DNA from: Candidatus Woesearchaeota archaeon
Lineage (GTDB): Archaea; Nanobdellota; Nanobdellia; Woesearchaeales; ARS49
Direction: 5' to 3'
Length of the DNA: 64,000 bases
NCBI GenBank assembly: GCA_016188265.1
Contig: JACPID010000021.1
Span: 15,051-79,050, forward strand
The notes beneath the pieces are model-generated. The model was not told the origin of the DNA. It saw nothing but the letters and a program-made list of their open reading frames with translations, and made no database searches. Below, piece after piece: positions 19,246 to 28,529 of this stretch. The translations under genes and the position numbers were made by a program. Every line of letters starts with the position of its first letter. Positions within the stretch are counted from its first letter, which is position 1.

Positions 19246-19970
19246 ATTTCCATTCCTGCTTTTTGATAATACATGTCATCTAGTATTTCTGCTTCTGTTT
19301 TTTCATCTTCACTAACATCAGTTATTCCTTTTGCTTTTGCAGTGTTTTTAGCTAAACGGTGTGCTTTGTGCAATGGTTCTGGCAGTTTGTGTGGTTGAAT
19401 AACTATTTTTTTAATGATTTCTGCTGCTGTTTCTGCACTTATTTTTGTTCCTGGAGAAACATATAAAGGATTTGCATATTCTTTTGTTTTAACAGCAATG
19501 CCTACACATTGATTATCTAAAATTATTTTTCCTTCTTTTTCTTCACCAACTAAAAGGCTCTTTGCAACCCCTATTGATGGTTTTTCCAGTTCAACACCTA
19601 AAAAAGTAGCTAATCCGCAAGATAATGGATGCGCAATTCCATGACCATTGACCATTATTATATCTGGTTCTTCTTCTAGTTCATAGTATAATTGTAATAA
19701 AACAGGGCCTTCTCTAAAAGCCCTGTACCCTGGAATATAATTCATTGGAAGATCTGCTACTATTGTTTTTCTTTCCAAAACTTTTAATGTTTTTGCATCT
19801 AATACAACACTAGCTCCAACTATTTTATTGTCAAAAAAAGCAACATCAAAACCAGCTATTTTTTTAATCTCATCTTTATTAAAATCATCTTCTAATTTTA
19901 CTTCTTGAGCTACTGCCCTCATAATTGAACGCAGTTTTCTAGTATCAACATTCATAACACAAATCCTCAA
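19242..19970 (-). CDS. nfi: Endonuclease V family protein
   Basis: AGFDVAF, YIPGYRAFRE, GHGIAHP, IGVAKS, PLYVSPG, LPEPL. Confidence 0.9.
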   Translation of the reverse strand: MRICVMNVDTRKLRSIMRAVAQEVKLEDDFNKDEIKKIAGFDVAFFDNKIVGASVVLDAKTLKVLERKTIVADLPMNYIPGYRAFREGPVLLQLYYELEEEPDIIMVNGHGIAHPLSCGLATFLGVELEKPSIGVAKSLLVGEEKEGKIILDNQCVGIAVKTKEYANPLYVSPGTKISAETAAEIIKKIVIQPHKLPEPLHKAHRLAKNTAKAKGITDVSEDEKTEAEILDDMYYQKAGMEI

Positions 19971-20058
19971 TCGACCTTTTTACACAGAATAATATGTATA
20001 GGTTATTTATAAATGTTTCTGTATTCTTATCACTCTTCAGTGACTACGTATTTGAAAC

Positions 20059-20190
20059 GTGAGATACTTGCACTGTGGCGGCAATATTCGCGCCTTGCAG
20101 GAAATACTTGGTCACAGCAGTCTGCTCACGACAGACATCTACCTGAACTATTCAGGGCAACGAGTCATTGAGGACTTCCAACGTGTGTTT
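20059..20190 (+). pseudogene. C-terminal relic of a tyrosine recombinase (XerC/D/integrase family)
   Basis: GGNIRALQEILGHSSLLTTDIY motif; upstream frame closed by TGA; visibly higher GC than flanks. Confidence 0.8.
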
Positions 20191-20213
20191 CTTTTTTCTT
20201 TGTTTTTTTGTGT

Positions 20214-22625
20214 TTATGATCTTATTTTCTTTTCTTCATCTGCTACTACCAGCATTGTCTTTATTACTACATCAGGGTTTACTGAAATACTATCTATGCC
20301 ACAATGCACCAAAAATTGTGCAAATTCAGGATAGTCGCTAGGAGCTTGACCGCAAATTCCTATCTTTTTTTTATGCTTTCTTGCTACTTCAATTACGTGC
20401 CTAACCATCCATTTAACTGCAGGATTTCTTTCGTCAAATAAATGTGAAACTAATGCACTGTCTCTATCAACTCCAAGAGTCATTTGTGTTAAGTCATTGC
20501 TTCCAATACTGAACCCATCAAATAGTTTACAAAATTCTTCTGCAAGTATAACATTGCTTGGAATTTCGCACATTACATAAACTTCAAGACTGTTTTTTCC
20601 TTGTTTTAAACCATTTTCAGACATTGCTTGCAGAACCTTTTTTCCTTCTTCAACTGTTCTGCACATTGGAATCATTATTTTAATATTAGTAAGTCCAAAT
20701 TCATCTCTTGCTTTTTTCAAAGCTTTACATTCAAGTTCAAATCCTTCTCTATAATTAGTATAATATCTTGATGCTCCCCGCCAGCCAAGCATAGGGTTTT
20801 CTTCTTTAGGCTCAAATGATTTGCCGCCGATAAGGTTTGCATATTCATTGCTTTTGAAATCAGACAGCCTCACAATAACGTCATTAGGATAAAAAGCAGC
20901 TGCAATCATTCCAATACCCATTGCAAGTTTATCTACAAAAAATGCTTTCTTATTTTCATAGCCAGCTGTAAGAGAATTGATTTGTTGTTTTACTGCACTA
21001 TCTTTTAATTGTTTGTAATAAATCAAAGCCATTGGGTGTATTTTTATGTATTCATTTATTATAAATTCTTCACGCGCTAAACCAACACCTTGCACAGGAA
21101 GAAATGATTTTTCAAATGCTTCATCAGGATTGCCTAGATTAATCATTATTTTTGTTTTTGTTTTAGGCAATTCTATTAAATGAGTTTTGTTAACAGCATA
21201 GTTTAGCAAGCCATTATAAACAACACCTTGCTCTCCTTCAGCACAACTAACAGTTATTTTTTGCCCCTGCTTTATTTTTTCAGTTGCACTATTTGTTCCT
21301 ACAATGCAAGGAATGCCAAGTTCTCTTGACACTATGGCCGCATGGCTTGAACGTCCTCCTTTATTTGTAATAATTGCAGCTGCCTGCTTCATTATTACAA
21401 CCCAATCAGGATCAGTCATTTCTGTAACAAGCACTTGTCCTGGTTTGAATTTTTCTATGTCCGTTACATGCTTGATGACATTAGCCACGCCTCTGCCTAT
21501 TTTATTTCCAACTGAATTTCCTGTTACTATTATTCTTCCTTTTTGTTTTAACACATATTCTTCAAAAACTGTAATATCTTTTCTGCTCTGCACAGTCTCA
21601 GGCCTTGCTTGAACAATAAATAACTGGTTAAGTTCTCCATCTTTAGCCCACTCAATATCCATGGGTGAATAGCTTCCTTTTTTCTTTGAATAATGATCTT
21701 CAATCATAACACCCCATTTTGTAAGTGTTAAAACTTCTTCATCTGTTAAGCAGAACTTTTTTTGTTCATCAACAGAAACTGCAACATTTTTTGTAAAAGC
21801 GCTTGTTCCTCCAAAACTGTAAACCATTCTTACACTTTTACTGCCTAATTTTTTTGATATTATTGGTTTGTACCCATTTTTTAGTGTTGGTTTGAAAACA
21901 TACCATTCATCTGGATTAACTGCTCCTTGAACAACATTTTCCCCAAGACCATAACTTCCATTTATTAGTACTGCATTTCTAAATCCTGTTTCTGTATCAA
22001 TCGTAAACATTACACCTGCAGATGCCATATCAGATCTTACCATTTTTTGCACGCCAATACTCAAGTAAACATTTTCATGCAAAAAACCATGTTCTTCTCT
22101 ATAAACAATTGCTCTATCTGTAAATAAAGAAGCAAAGCACCGCTTGCAAGCATCTAGTAAATCATGATCTCCTTTTATGTTAAGAAAAGTTTCTTGCTGC
22201 CCGGCAAAACTAGCTTCTGGAATATCCTCTAATGTTGCAGAACTTCTTACAGCTACATCTGTTTCTTTAGACTTATAGCATTTACTTAATTCTTCATATG
22301 CTAGAACAATTTCTTTTTTTAGTTCTAGAGGAAATTCTGCATGAAGAATTAATTCTCTTGCTTTTTTACCTCTTTCAACAACATTTTTCACATCTCTTAT
22401 GTTTAATCCACTAAGCGCTTTTTTTATTTTTTCAACTAAATAATTTTTTTCTAGAAATATCTTATAAGCATATGCTGTTACAGCAAAACCATTAGGAATT
22501 CTAATGCCTTTTTTAGAAAGATTTTGATACATCTCGCCAAGAGACGCATTTTTTCCACCAACTAAAGGAACATCCTCTATTCCTAATTCTTTAAACCATA
22601 ATATAAACTGATGATCTTTTCTCAC
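20214..22625 (-). CDS. ppsA: Phosphoenolpyruvate synthase
   Basis: VGGKNASLGEM, AVRSSA, DIEWAKDG, GGRSSHAAIVSRELG, GSNDLTQ. Confidence 0.96.
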   Translation of the reverse strand: MRKDHQFILWFKELGIEDVPLVGGKNASLGEMYQNLSKKGIRIPNGFAVTAYAYKIFLEKNYLVEKIKKALSGLNIRDVKNVVERGKKARELILHAEFPLELKKEIVLAYEELSKCYKSKETDVAVRSSATLEDIPEASFAGQQETFLNIKGDHDLLDACKRCFASLFTDRAIVYREEHGFLHENVYLSIGVQKMVRSDMASAGVMFTIDTETGFRNAVLINGSYGLGENVVQGAVNPDEWYVFKPTLKNGYKPIISKKLGSKSVRMVYSFGGTSAFTKNVAVSVDEQKKFCLTDEEVLTLTKWGVMIEDHYSKKKGSYSPMDIEWAKDGELNQLFIVQARPETVQSRKDITVFEEYVLKQKGRIIVTGNSVGNKIGRGVANVIKHVTDIEKFKPGQVLVTEMTDPDWVVIMKQAAAIITNKGGRSSHAAIVSRELGIPCIVGTNSATEKIKQGQKITVSCAEGEQGVVYNGLLNYAVNKTHLIELPKTKTKIMINLGNPDEAFEKSFLPVQGVGLAREEFIINEYIKIHPMALIYYKQLKDSAVKQQINSLTAGYENKKAFFVDKLAMGIGMIAAAFYPNDVIVRLSDFKSNEYANLIGGKSFEPKEENPMLGWRGASRYYTNYREGFELECKALKKARDEFGLTNIKIMIPMCRTVEEGKKVLQAMSENGLKQGKNSLEVYVMCEIPSNVILAEEFCKLFDGFSIGSNDLTQMTLGVDRDSALVSHLFDERNPAVKWMVRHVIEVARKHKKKIGICGQAPSDYPEFAQFLVHCGIDSISVNPDVVIKTMLVVADEEKKIRS

Positions 22626-22772
22626 TAATACACCCCTTTTAATGACTTTAATAGCATAAGGGGTTTATTAAGTTTACCTCAACTTTTGCTAAAGTATATA
22701 AAACCAAAAGTATAGGTATCATAAAATATTTAAATTAATCATTTCTTCTAAAAACTATTAAATTATTTATAC

Positions 22773-23408
22773 ATGGACAAAGAACAGCTTGTTGATTATT
22801 GGAAAAAGAGCGGAACAATAACTAATAAAGAAGTTTTAAATGCATTTCTGTCTGTTAAAAGAGAAAATTTTGTACTAGAAGAATATGCAGAAGATGTTTA
22901 TGAAGATGTGCCTTTGCTTATTCATGAAGCCCAAACAATTTCTCAACCAACAACTGTTGCCATCATGCTTCAAGCACTTGAAGTAAAAAAAGGAATGAAA
23001 ATATTAGAAATAGGAACTGGCAGTGGTTATAATGCTGCGCTTCTCGGAAAACTAGCGGGGAGTAAAGGCAGTGTTATAACAATTGAAATTCATGAATCAC
23101 TTGTTGAGTTTGCCAAAGAAAATCTAAAAAAAGAAAAAATAACTAATGTTTGTGTTATTAAATCAGATGGCAGTGAAGGTTATTCTGAAGAATCACCTTA
23201 TGATAGAATTATTTGCACTGCAGCTGCTCCAAAAATACCTGAAGCATTAATTAAGCAATTAAAAGTTGAAGGCATTCTTATTATTCCAGTAGGCCCTTTG
23301 TCTGGCCAGCACATGCTTAAATTAACAAAAACAAAAAAAGGCTTGGAGCAGGAAGAGATTGGTGATTTTATTTTTGTCCCTTTAACTGGAAAGTTTGGAT
23401 TTGATTAA
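22773..23408 (+). CDS. pcm: Protein-L-isoaspartate O-methyltransferase
   Basis: QTISQP, LEIGTGSGY, PYDRI, FVPL. Confidence 0.95.
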   Translation: MDKEQLVDYWKKSGTITNKEVLNAFLSVKRENFVLEEYAEDVYEDVPLLIHEAQTISQPTTVAIMLQALEVKKGMKILEIGTGSGYNAALLGKLAGSKGSVITIEIHESLVEFAKENLKKEKITNVCVIKSDGSEGYSEESPYDRIICTAAAPKIPEALIKQLKVEGILIIPVGPLSGQHMLKLTKTKKGLEQEEIGDFIFVPLTGKFGFD

Positions 23409-23527
23409 TTCGTCAATGCAAATTCAGGAACCAAATACTCCATTTCCAGATGTGTGAGAATTTCCCTTGTAACAGAGTCTTTAATTAAAGTAGCAATCAG
23501 AATATTAGTATCTAATACGAGTTTCAT
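23405..23527 (-). pseudogene. Truncated PIN/VapC toxin (40 aa, [24 protein letters not shown]...)
   Basis: LDTN PIN N-terminus, ATGA overlap with antitoxin stop, ends at the pcm 3' end. Confidence 0.75.
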
Positions 23528-23745
23528 CCAAAGTATCTCTTGTGCAGTCCTGATTTAATTTTGCGGCCGATTTCTTCAGCATCTTTTTTTGTAAGTTTGC
23601 TTTCAGACACGAGCTTTTCCATAAGTTCAAGCTTTCGAGCGTGTTCCCACATTGCTCTCCTAGCTATCTCACTCCATTTTATTTCAACGTGTTGCTTCAT
23701 AATTTCATGCAATTCTTCTGGAACTGCTAATGTCATGTTTACCAT
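23524..23745 (-). CDS. RHH-type antitoxin
   Basis: [12 protein letters not shown]...[11 protein letters not shown]; paralog of 17948-18178. Confidence 0.8.
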   Translation of the reverse strand: MVNMTLAVPEELHEIMKQHVEIKWSEIARRAMWEHARKLELMEKLVSESKLTKKDAEEIGRKIKSGLHKRYFG

Positions 23746-23877
23746 TCTGATACCTCCAATACATTTTAAGTAGAATAAGTAGAATTACTTAATAAAGCTT
23801 TCGCAAGGTTGTCCTAGAAGCTGTCATTGGAGTGCACCCTTTTCGAATTGAGCGATAAGCTAGAGGCATTCGAGCGA

Positions 23878-24489
23878 TTACTTTTCTATGATACGTTTTA
23901 CTTCTTCAAAATAATTCTTACGATTTCCAACGCTTACAACAGGTAATTTATGCTTTTTTGCTTCTCTTTTTATGTAATTGTTAAATGCTATAACCCATTC
24001 AACTTCTTTTTCCTTTACCTTGTTAGGATATTTACTTGGTTCATCCCATAATCCTCTTGTAAAAATCGTTTTTCTAATTCTAGTAATATCTTCATCTACA
24101 AGAAAAACTGCTTTTATGTTCTTATTCTTTTTCACTAGACTCAGAATAAACTTAGGTAAAATTGCAACTCCCTCTACAATAAATGATTGCCAAACATAAT
24201 CTGTTTCAACAAGAGCTTTAACTCCTTTCCAAACATCTTCACTTTCTTTGTTCTGATGTTTTACAATCTCTTCAGCAGTATTATGAGTTAAGAATTCAAC
24301 TGCCATTTCAGGTTTGGCTTCAGCATGTTGAAATAATGCGGAATAATCTTCTTTCCTAACTAATTCTCTCATTTGCTCTCTAATTGTATCAGTAGAAATC
24401 CAAGGCAATCTAAGTCGTTCTGCAAGTCTTCTTGCAGTCCAGCTTTTACCAGCAGTTGGAGAACCTCCAATTAAAATTATTCTTCCCAT
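23878..24489 (-). CDS. P-loop kinase (2-phosphoglycerate kinase-like)
   Basis: IILIGGSPTAGKS, ISTDTIRE, IVEGV. Confidence 0.75.
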   Translation of the reverse strand: MGRIILIGGSPTAGKSWTARRLAERLRLPWISTDTIREQMRELVRKEDYSALFQHAEAKPEMAVEFLTHNTAEEIVKHQNKESEDVWKGVKALVETDYVWQSFIVEGVAILPKFILSLVKKNKNIKAVFLVDEDITRIRKTIFTRGLWDEPSKYPNKVKEKEVEWVIAFNNYIKREAKKHKLPVVSVGNRKNYFEEVKRIIEK

Positions 24490-24812
24490 AACACACTTTC
24501 TCTGGCAATGCATTTATTTTCTAAGCAGATTGATTCATACTTTTCTTTGTCAGGCAAAGGACATGATTTAATAGAAACAATGTTGTAAAGCCATTTTGTA
24601 TACTTAACTTTTCTTAACCAAGCACTTTCATAATCTCTGCTTATTGATAATATTTCAGGACAGGCATCTGCACTTTCAACAACAGCACAATCAGCATCAA
24701 CACTGCAATAGCTCGCATCGTCAACATTAAGAAATAAAGAATAAGTTACAAAGCCAACATAACCAATAAATCCAAGCAGCAACAATCCAAATAATGTTAA
24801 GAAGGTATTCAT
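24477..24812 (-). CDS. Small membrane-anchored Cys-rich protein
   Basis: N-terminal TM; CSVDADC...CLENKC. Confidence 0.55.
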   Translation of the reverse strand: MNTFLTLFGLLLLGFIGYVGFVTYSLFLNVDDASYCSVDADCAVVESADACPEILSISRDYESAWLRKVKYTKWLYNIVSIKSCPLPDKEKYESICLENKCIARESVLWEE

Positions 24813-24850
24813 AACATTATTTTCTGCTTACTAATATTAATATGTTTTGT

Positions 24851-25735
24851 TCACAACAAATCATGCGCATTAATTGTATTTAAGTAAGGTTCTAATAATT
24901 CTTCATGTTTAGCAAGTATTAATAGTTTTTCTTGTTTGCATTCTTGTTCTGTTACTCTGGCGAATTTGTCAGCTTCAATTAATCCATAAGGGTAGCCTGG
25001 AAAAGAAATATCCTTTGCATGATGCACGAGAACACTTAATAATTCTTCACTTAATTTATTGCAGTCAATTCTGAAAACATATTTTGAGTGCTTGTTTAGC
25101 TTTACAAAATTAGTTATTGTATTTGTTTTATAAACCCAAATTGGAAGTTTTGTAATTTTCTGAAGCGCAACAGTGCATGGAGTTCCTGTATTTGTTGTTA
25201 ATGTACATGTTTTTGCAAGCCCTGCAATAACTGTGTTTTTTTCTTCAGCAAATTTGTATAATAAATCAAAAATATTTTTTTCAAAATCTTGTTCAGAAAT
25301 CAAGTCACCATCACGTATTACAATTCCTCTGCTTAAATAAGCGTGCATTGCTTCAATTTCTAATTGTTTTCTTAACTTTAATGCAATTGCTTGAGGACTG
25401 CATGATTCTTCAGGAAAAAATCTTTCTTGATTTAATTCCAGAATTTTTATATTAAAGCCTTTATTTTTTGTTATTAGTACTGTAAAAGTTCTTAAATTTC
25501 TATTTAATCTTTTAACTCCTTCATAATTTATAGCTGCTATTTTTATTTTTTGTACAGTAAAGTTTGCAGCTCCAATTATTTCTCCATTTCCACCGTCAAT
25601 AAAAGTGGTTGGTGGCTGGCAGCCAGTGGGTTGCAGTAAACCAAAATTATTTTTATCTAATTTTACATTTTGAAGTATTTCAGATCCTAAATCATTTGAA
25701 TTTATTGATTTAATTATGTCTTGATAGTTATTCAT
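24851..25735 (-). CDS. nurA: NurA family 5'-3' nuclease
   Basis: FIDGG, IRDGDL, LAKT, GYPYGLIEADKFARVT; start probably ATG 25735. Confidence 0.85.
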   Translation of the reverse strand: MNNYQDIIKSINSNDLGSEILQNVKLDKNNFGLLQPTGCQPPTTFIDGGNGEIIGAANFTVQKIKIAAINYEGVKRLNRNLRTFTVLITKNKGFNIKILELNQERFFPEESCSPQAIALKLRKQLEIEAMHAYLSRGIVIRDGDLISEQDFEKNIFDLLYKFAEEKNTVIAGLAKTCTLTTNTGTPCTVALQKITKLPIWVYKTNTITNFVKLNKHSKYVFRIDCNKLSEELLSVLVHHAKDISFPGYPYGLIEADKFARVTEQECKQEKLLILAKHEELLEPYLNTINAHDLL

Positions 25736-25871
25736 ACTGATCTTTTCCATCTTCATATCCACAGTCTAAACAAATTAAGAATATTTGCCCACAGTCTTCA
25801 GCCAAATCCACATGACCTGACCTGCACCTAGGACACTTATGTTTTGCATTATTTTCAGCTTCATGAACCAT
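25728..25871 (-). CDS. Unannotated 47-aa zinc-ribbon protein (MVHEAENNAKHKCPRCRSGH...ICLDCGYE...)
   Basis: CPxC and CxxC; overlaps both the cca stop and the nurA start. Confidence 0.7.
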   Translation of the reverse strand: MVHEAENNAKHKCPRCRSGHVDLAEDCGQIFLICLDCGYEDGKDQYE

Positions 25872-27096
25872 TATAGTTTTTTATTAATTTAAACTTGCCT
25901 TTTAAATATTTGTCATTTTTGCAGTGTTTAAAAACTTCCAAAGGAGTGCATTGAGCACGTTTAATCAGCGCATATAGCCTCTTATTTTTTTCAAAAACTT
26001 TTTTATGCGAAGCTTTAAATTTTTTAACGTGCTCAGGCAAGTTTAGAGGAGGCCCTTGCAGAATTTTCTCTGCAGACAGTTTTTTCTTTTTTAATTTATA
26101 CCAGAAAACTGCATTTTTTTCTTTATCCCAATGCCAATTTGAATCAAGAATTTTAAAATCAGTTAAGTTTTTTTCAAAGAATTCAAATGCTTTTAATAAT
26201 TTTGTTCCAACAGGATCCTCTTTACCTTCAACAGGAATTGCTTGAAGCACTAAAATATTTTTTTGCTTTTTTAATTCTTTGGCTGAAATTTTTTTCTCAA
26301 TAAAAAAATCTTTTGAAGGTTTTTTAAGAAATTTTTTTGCAGCGCTGATAAACTGGCCATATTTTTCTTGAGATATTGCTGCTGCAGCATTGCGATCTGG
26401 CTGTAAAGGATCAACAACAATCAAAGGCCCTTCTATTTTTGATTTGTTAAGTATAAGCTCTGCTTGTTTTGTTTTATACACTTTATTTGGATCAATTGTG
26501 GTTTTTGGCTTCCATTTTGTAGCTTGTTTCAAAAGATTAAGAAACCCTTTGTAATAAATTGTAAGTATATCTACAACATGTCCTGAAAAACCTCTTATGT
26601 AGCTTTCTGCACCATACAAGCTTTGTGCTTTCATAAATTTCTTAGTTAAACGAATATCATCTTTGAATTTTCTTCCTTTTTTATTAACCCATCTAACGTG
26701 CAGAGGTGAAAAATCAGTTACGTTGTGGGCATCTGCTGGTTTTTTAATGTCAAGAACTGGAACAATTTCAAAATAAAAAGTGTTTTTAATTAAAAAATAA
26801 TCTCTACTGCCGTGAACACGAATTGGCTTCCAAGGTTTAAGAACAGATTCTAAAATATTGCTTAAAGATTCATGAGCTAATGCTAGAGAGAACTTAACAA
26901 AAATATCTACATCATAATCTCCTTCAAGCCAGGTATTTTTAGCATAACTACCCCCAAAAACTGCTGTTGCTTTAACACCTGCACTTTTCAAAGCTTGATT
27001 TAGTTGATCTAAGAACTTATTTGCTTCAGGAATAATAGGTGATTTTGGAGTTATTTCTTTTACAACATCTTTTAGTAATAATTTAACATTCATCAA
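25861..27096 (-). CDS. cca: CCA-adding enzyme (archaeal class I)
   Basis: GGSYAKNTWL, DVDIF, YGAESYIRGFSG, DPLQPDRNAAAA, GPP. Confidence 0.93.
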   Translation of the reverse strand: MMNVKLLLKDVVKEITPKSPIIPEANKFLDQLNQALKSAGVKATAVFGGSYAKNTWLEGDYDVDIFVKFSLALAHESLSNILESVLKPWKPIRVHGSRDYFLIKNTFYFEIVPVLDIKKPADAHNVTDFSPLHVRWVNKKGRKFKDDIRLTKKFMKAQSLYGAESYIRGFSGHVVDILTIYYKGFLNLLKQATKWKPKTTIDPNKVYKTKQAELILNKSKIEGPLIVVDPLQPDRNAAAAISQEKYGQFISAAKKFLKKPSKDFFIEKKISAKELKKQKNILVLQAIPVEGKEDPVGTKLLKAFEFFEKNLTDFKILDSNWHWDKEKNAVFWYKLKKKKLSAEKILQGPPLNLPEHVKKFKASHKKVFEKNKRLYALIKRAQCTPLEVFKHCKNDKYLKGKFKLIKNYNGS

Positions 27097-27136
27097 TGGT
27101 TTTTAGATGCAGGAGATTAAAAATGTTTACCTAATT

Positions 27137-27321
27137 CTAGTTGAGGACATAAATAAAGCATTATAATTTAGCCTCAACTATAATGCCAGACATAAATAAT
27201 TATACAAATTGTTATGCCTGGCAAATATACTAAATGACAATTTTGTATAAATAATTATGTCATTTACTATAGATTGAAAAAGACAAACTATTTTATGTGC
27301 TACTTTTGTCTTTTTCTATTC
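27137..27321 (-). repeat. Hairpin repeat family 2, full copy (units A-C-D-B)
   Basis: Four tandem IRs: GAAAAAGACAAA, TAAATGACA, TGCCAG.CATAA, TAGTTGAGG; begins at the stop codon of the 27320 gene and ends CAACTAG. Confidence 0.9.
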
Positions 27322-27655
27322 ACACAGTTATAACAATCTTATTTTTACTTTCAGGAGTTATAGTTACTTCTTTTCCTTTCTTTAAATTGATAAATTCTAT
27401 AAGCTTTTTAGGCAGACGAATATCTAATGTTTTTCCAGCTTGTCCTACTTTTGTACGCGCTTGTAAACCCCACAATCCTTTTTGTTTTGCAAGTTCAGTT
27501 ATCTTTTTAGACGTTTCTTCGCTAAAGAAAGATTCTTTGCATTTTTCACAAACTCGCGCAGGAAACTTTCCTATAAATACACCATAAAGCGAATACTCTA
27601 CAAATTTCTTTACTAACTTTGTTCTGCATTCCCAACACAAATCTTCATCTTTCAT
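27320..27655 (-). CDS. YgiT-type zinc finger + AbrB-like antitoxin
   Basis: CWEC...CEKC; C-terminal GKTLDIRLPKKL...GKEVTI. Confidence 0.75.
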   Translation of the reverse strand: MKDEDLCWECRTKLVKKFVEYSLYGVFIGKFPARVCEKCKESFFSEETSKKITELAKQKGLWGLQARTKVGQAGKTLDIRLPKKLIEFINLKKGKEVTITPESKNKIVITV

Positions 27656-27668
27656 AGTTTCACCGCCA

Positions 27669-27869
27669 TTATTTATTCATGAATACTGTTTTTATTCTAT
27701 AAATATCTGCTTTCTTTTTATATGCCACACTGAAATAGGTATATGCTGCAAGATAGCCTTCTGTTTGTCTTGAAATTGCTCCTCGGGTTATTGCCAACTT
27801 AATCTGTTCTTCGTTTATTCCTTCCAAATCCATTTTTTCTTTAGCATGCATGCTAATTTGTAGTTTCAT
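27669..27869 (-). CDS. DUF4258-like (RelE-fold) toxin
   Basis: ISMHAKEKM...GI...IKTVF. Confidence 0.7.
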   Translation of the reverse strand: MKLQISMHAKEKMDLEGINEEQIKLAITRGAISRQTEGYLAAYTYFSVAYKKKADIYRIKTVFMNK

Positions 27870-27922
27870 TTATATAATCAGTAATTACTGGTAATAACTA
27901 ATATATAAACTTAATTATACTG

Positions 27923-27996
27923 CTAGTTGTGTAGAGACTGACTGCCCGCATTAACATTAGTTACAGTTTTTAGTTCTTTAAAGTCTGCCTGCACAA
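27923..27996 (-). repeat. Imperfect hairpin ending in CAACTAG upstream of the TA pair
   Basis: TTGTGTAG-AGACT / AGTCT-GC-CTGCACAA stem with bulge; same terminus as unit B. Confidence 0.55.
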
Positions 27997-28041
27997 ATGT
28001 TTGCAGCAAAATTAATATACTTTTATATACAGACTACTTAC

Positions 28042-28419
28042 ATGAAGAGTATCTTCCTTGATACAAGCTTTTTAGTTCATTGCGCTGAATGGAAATTAGA
28101 TTTTATCAGTGAAGTTGAAAGATTAATCTACGATAAATACCAGTTTATTATTGTTTCTCCTGTTTATGATGAGCTGGCATTATTAGAGCACAGTAGAGGA
28201 AGAACAAAATTTCATGCAAAGCTTGCTCATGCAATTCTAAAAACACTCACTTTACAAATCATTAAATCAAACAAAAAAAGCGCAGATGAAGCAATCATAG
28301 AAAGTGCGGAAAAAAATGATCTTGTTGCCACTCATGATGCTGAGCTTAAAAGAAAGTTAAAAAAAAAAGGTGTTGAGTGTTTAGTTATTAGGCAAAAGAA
28401 GTATTTGATCATAATTTAG
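28042..28419 (+). CDS. PIN domain protein (Fcf1/Utp24-like)
   Basis: IFLDTSFL, VYDEL, ADEAI, VATHDAELK, IRQKKYL. Confidence 0.85.
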   Translation: MKSIFLDTSFLVHCAEWKLDFISEVERLIYDKYQFIIVSPVYDELALLEHSRGRTKFHAKLAHAILKTLTLQIIKSNKKSADEAIIESAEKNDLVATHDAELKRKLKKKGVECLVIRQKKYLIII

Positions 28420-28434
28420 AAAGAAAAATTCATT

Positions 28435-28520
28435 ATATAACAAACGCACTATATTTTCGTAATTTTTGTGTTTGTTATATTCGCTGAACTTAACTATTTT
28501 TATACAATTATTAAGTTCGG
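28435..28520. repeat. Two tandem hairpins related to family 2
   Basis: ATATAACAAACGCA/TGTGTTTGTTATAT and CTGAACTTAA/TTAAGTTCGG; loop TTTATACAA shared with unit C. Confidence 0.6.
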
Positions 28521-28529
28521 AGTCTATAG

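Noticed and set aside
20191-20334. 3' part of track ORF 20059-20334
   Set aside because: Read-through antisense to ppsA; only the first ~44 codons resemble a recombinase
22634-22665. ACCCCTT/AAGGGGT stem over the ppsA SD as a riboswitch
   Set aside because: Single 7-bp stem with no recognisable aptamer
27186-27225. Xer dif/pdif site (CATAA...TTATG)
   Set aside because: Spacer is about 16 bp instead of 6 bp
27137-27321. CRISPR array
   Set aside because: No identical direct repeats separated by unique spacers; the units are distinct palindromes and no cas genes are in the window
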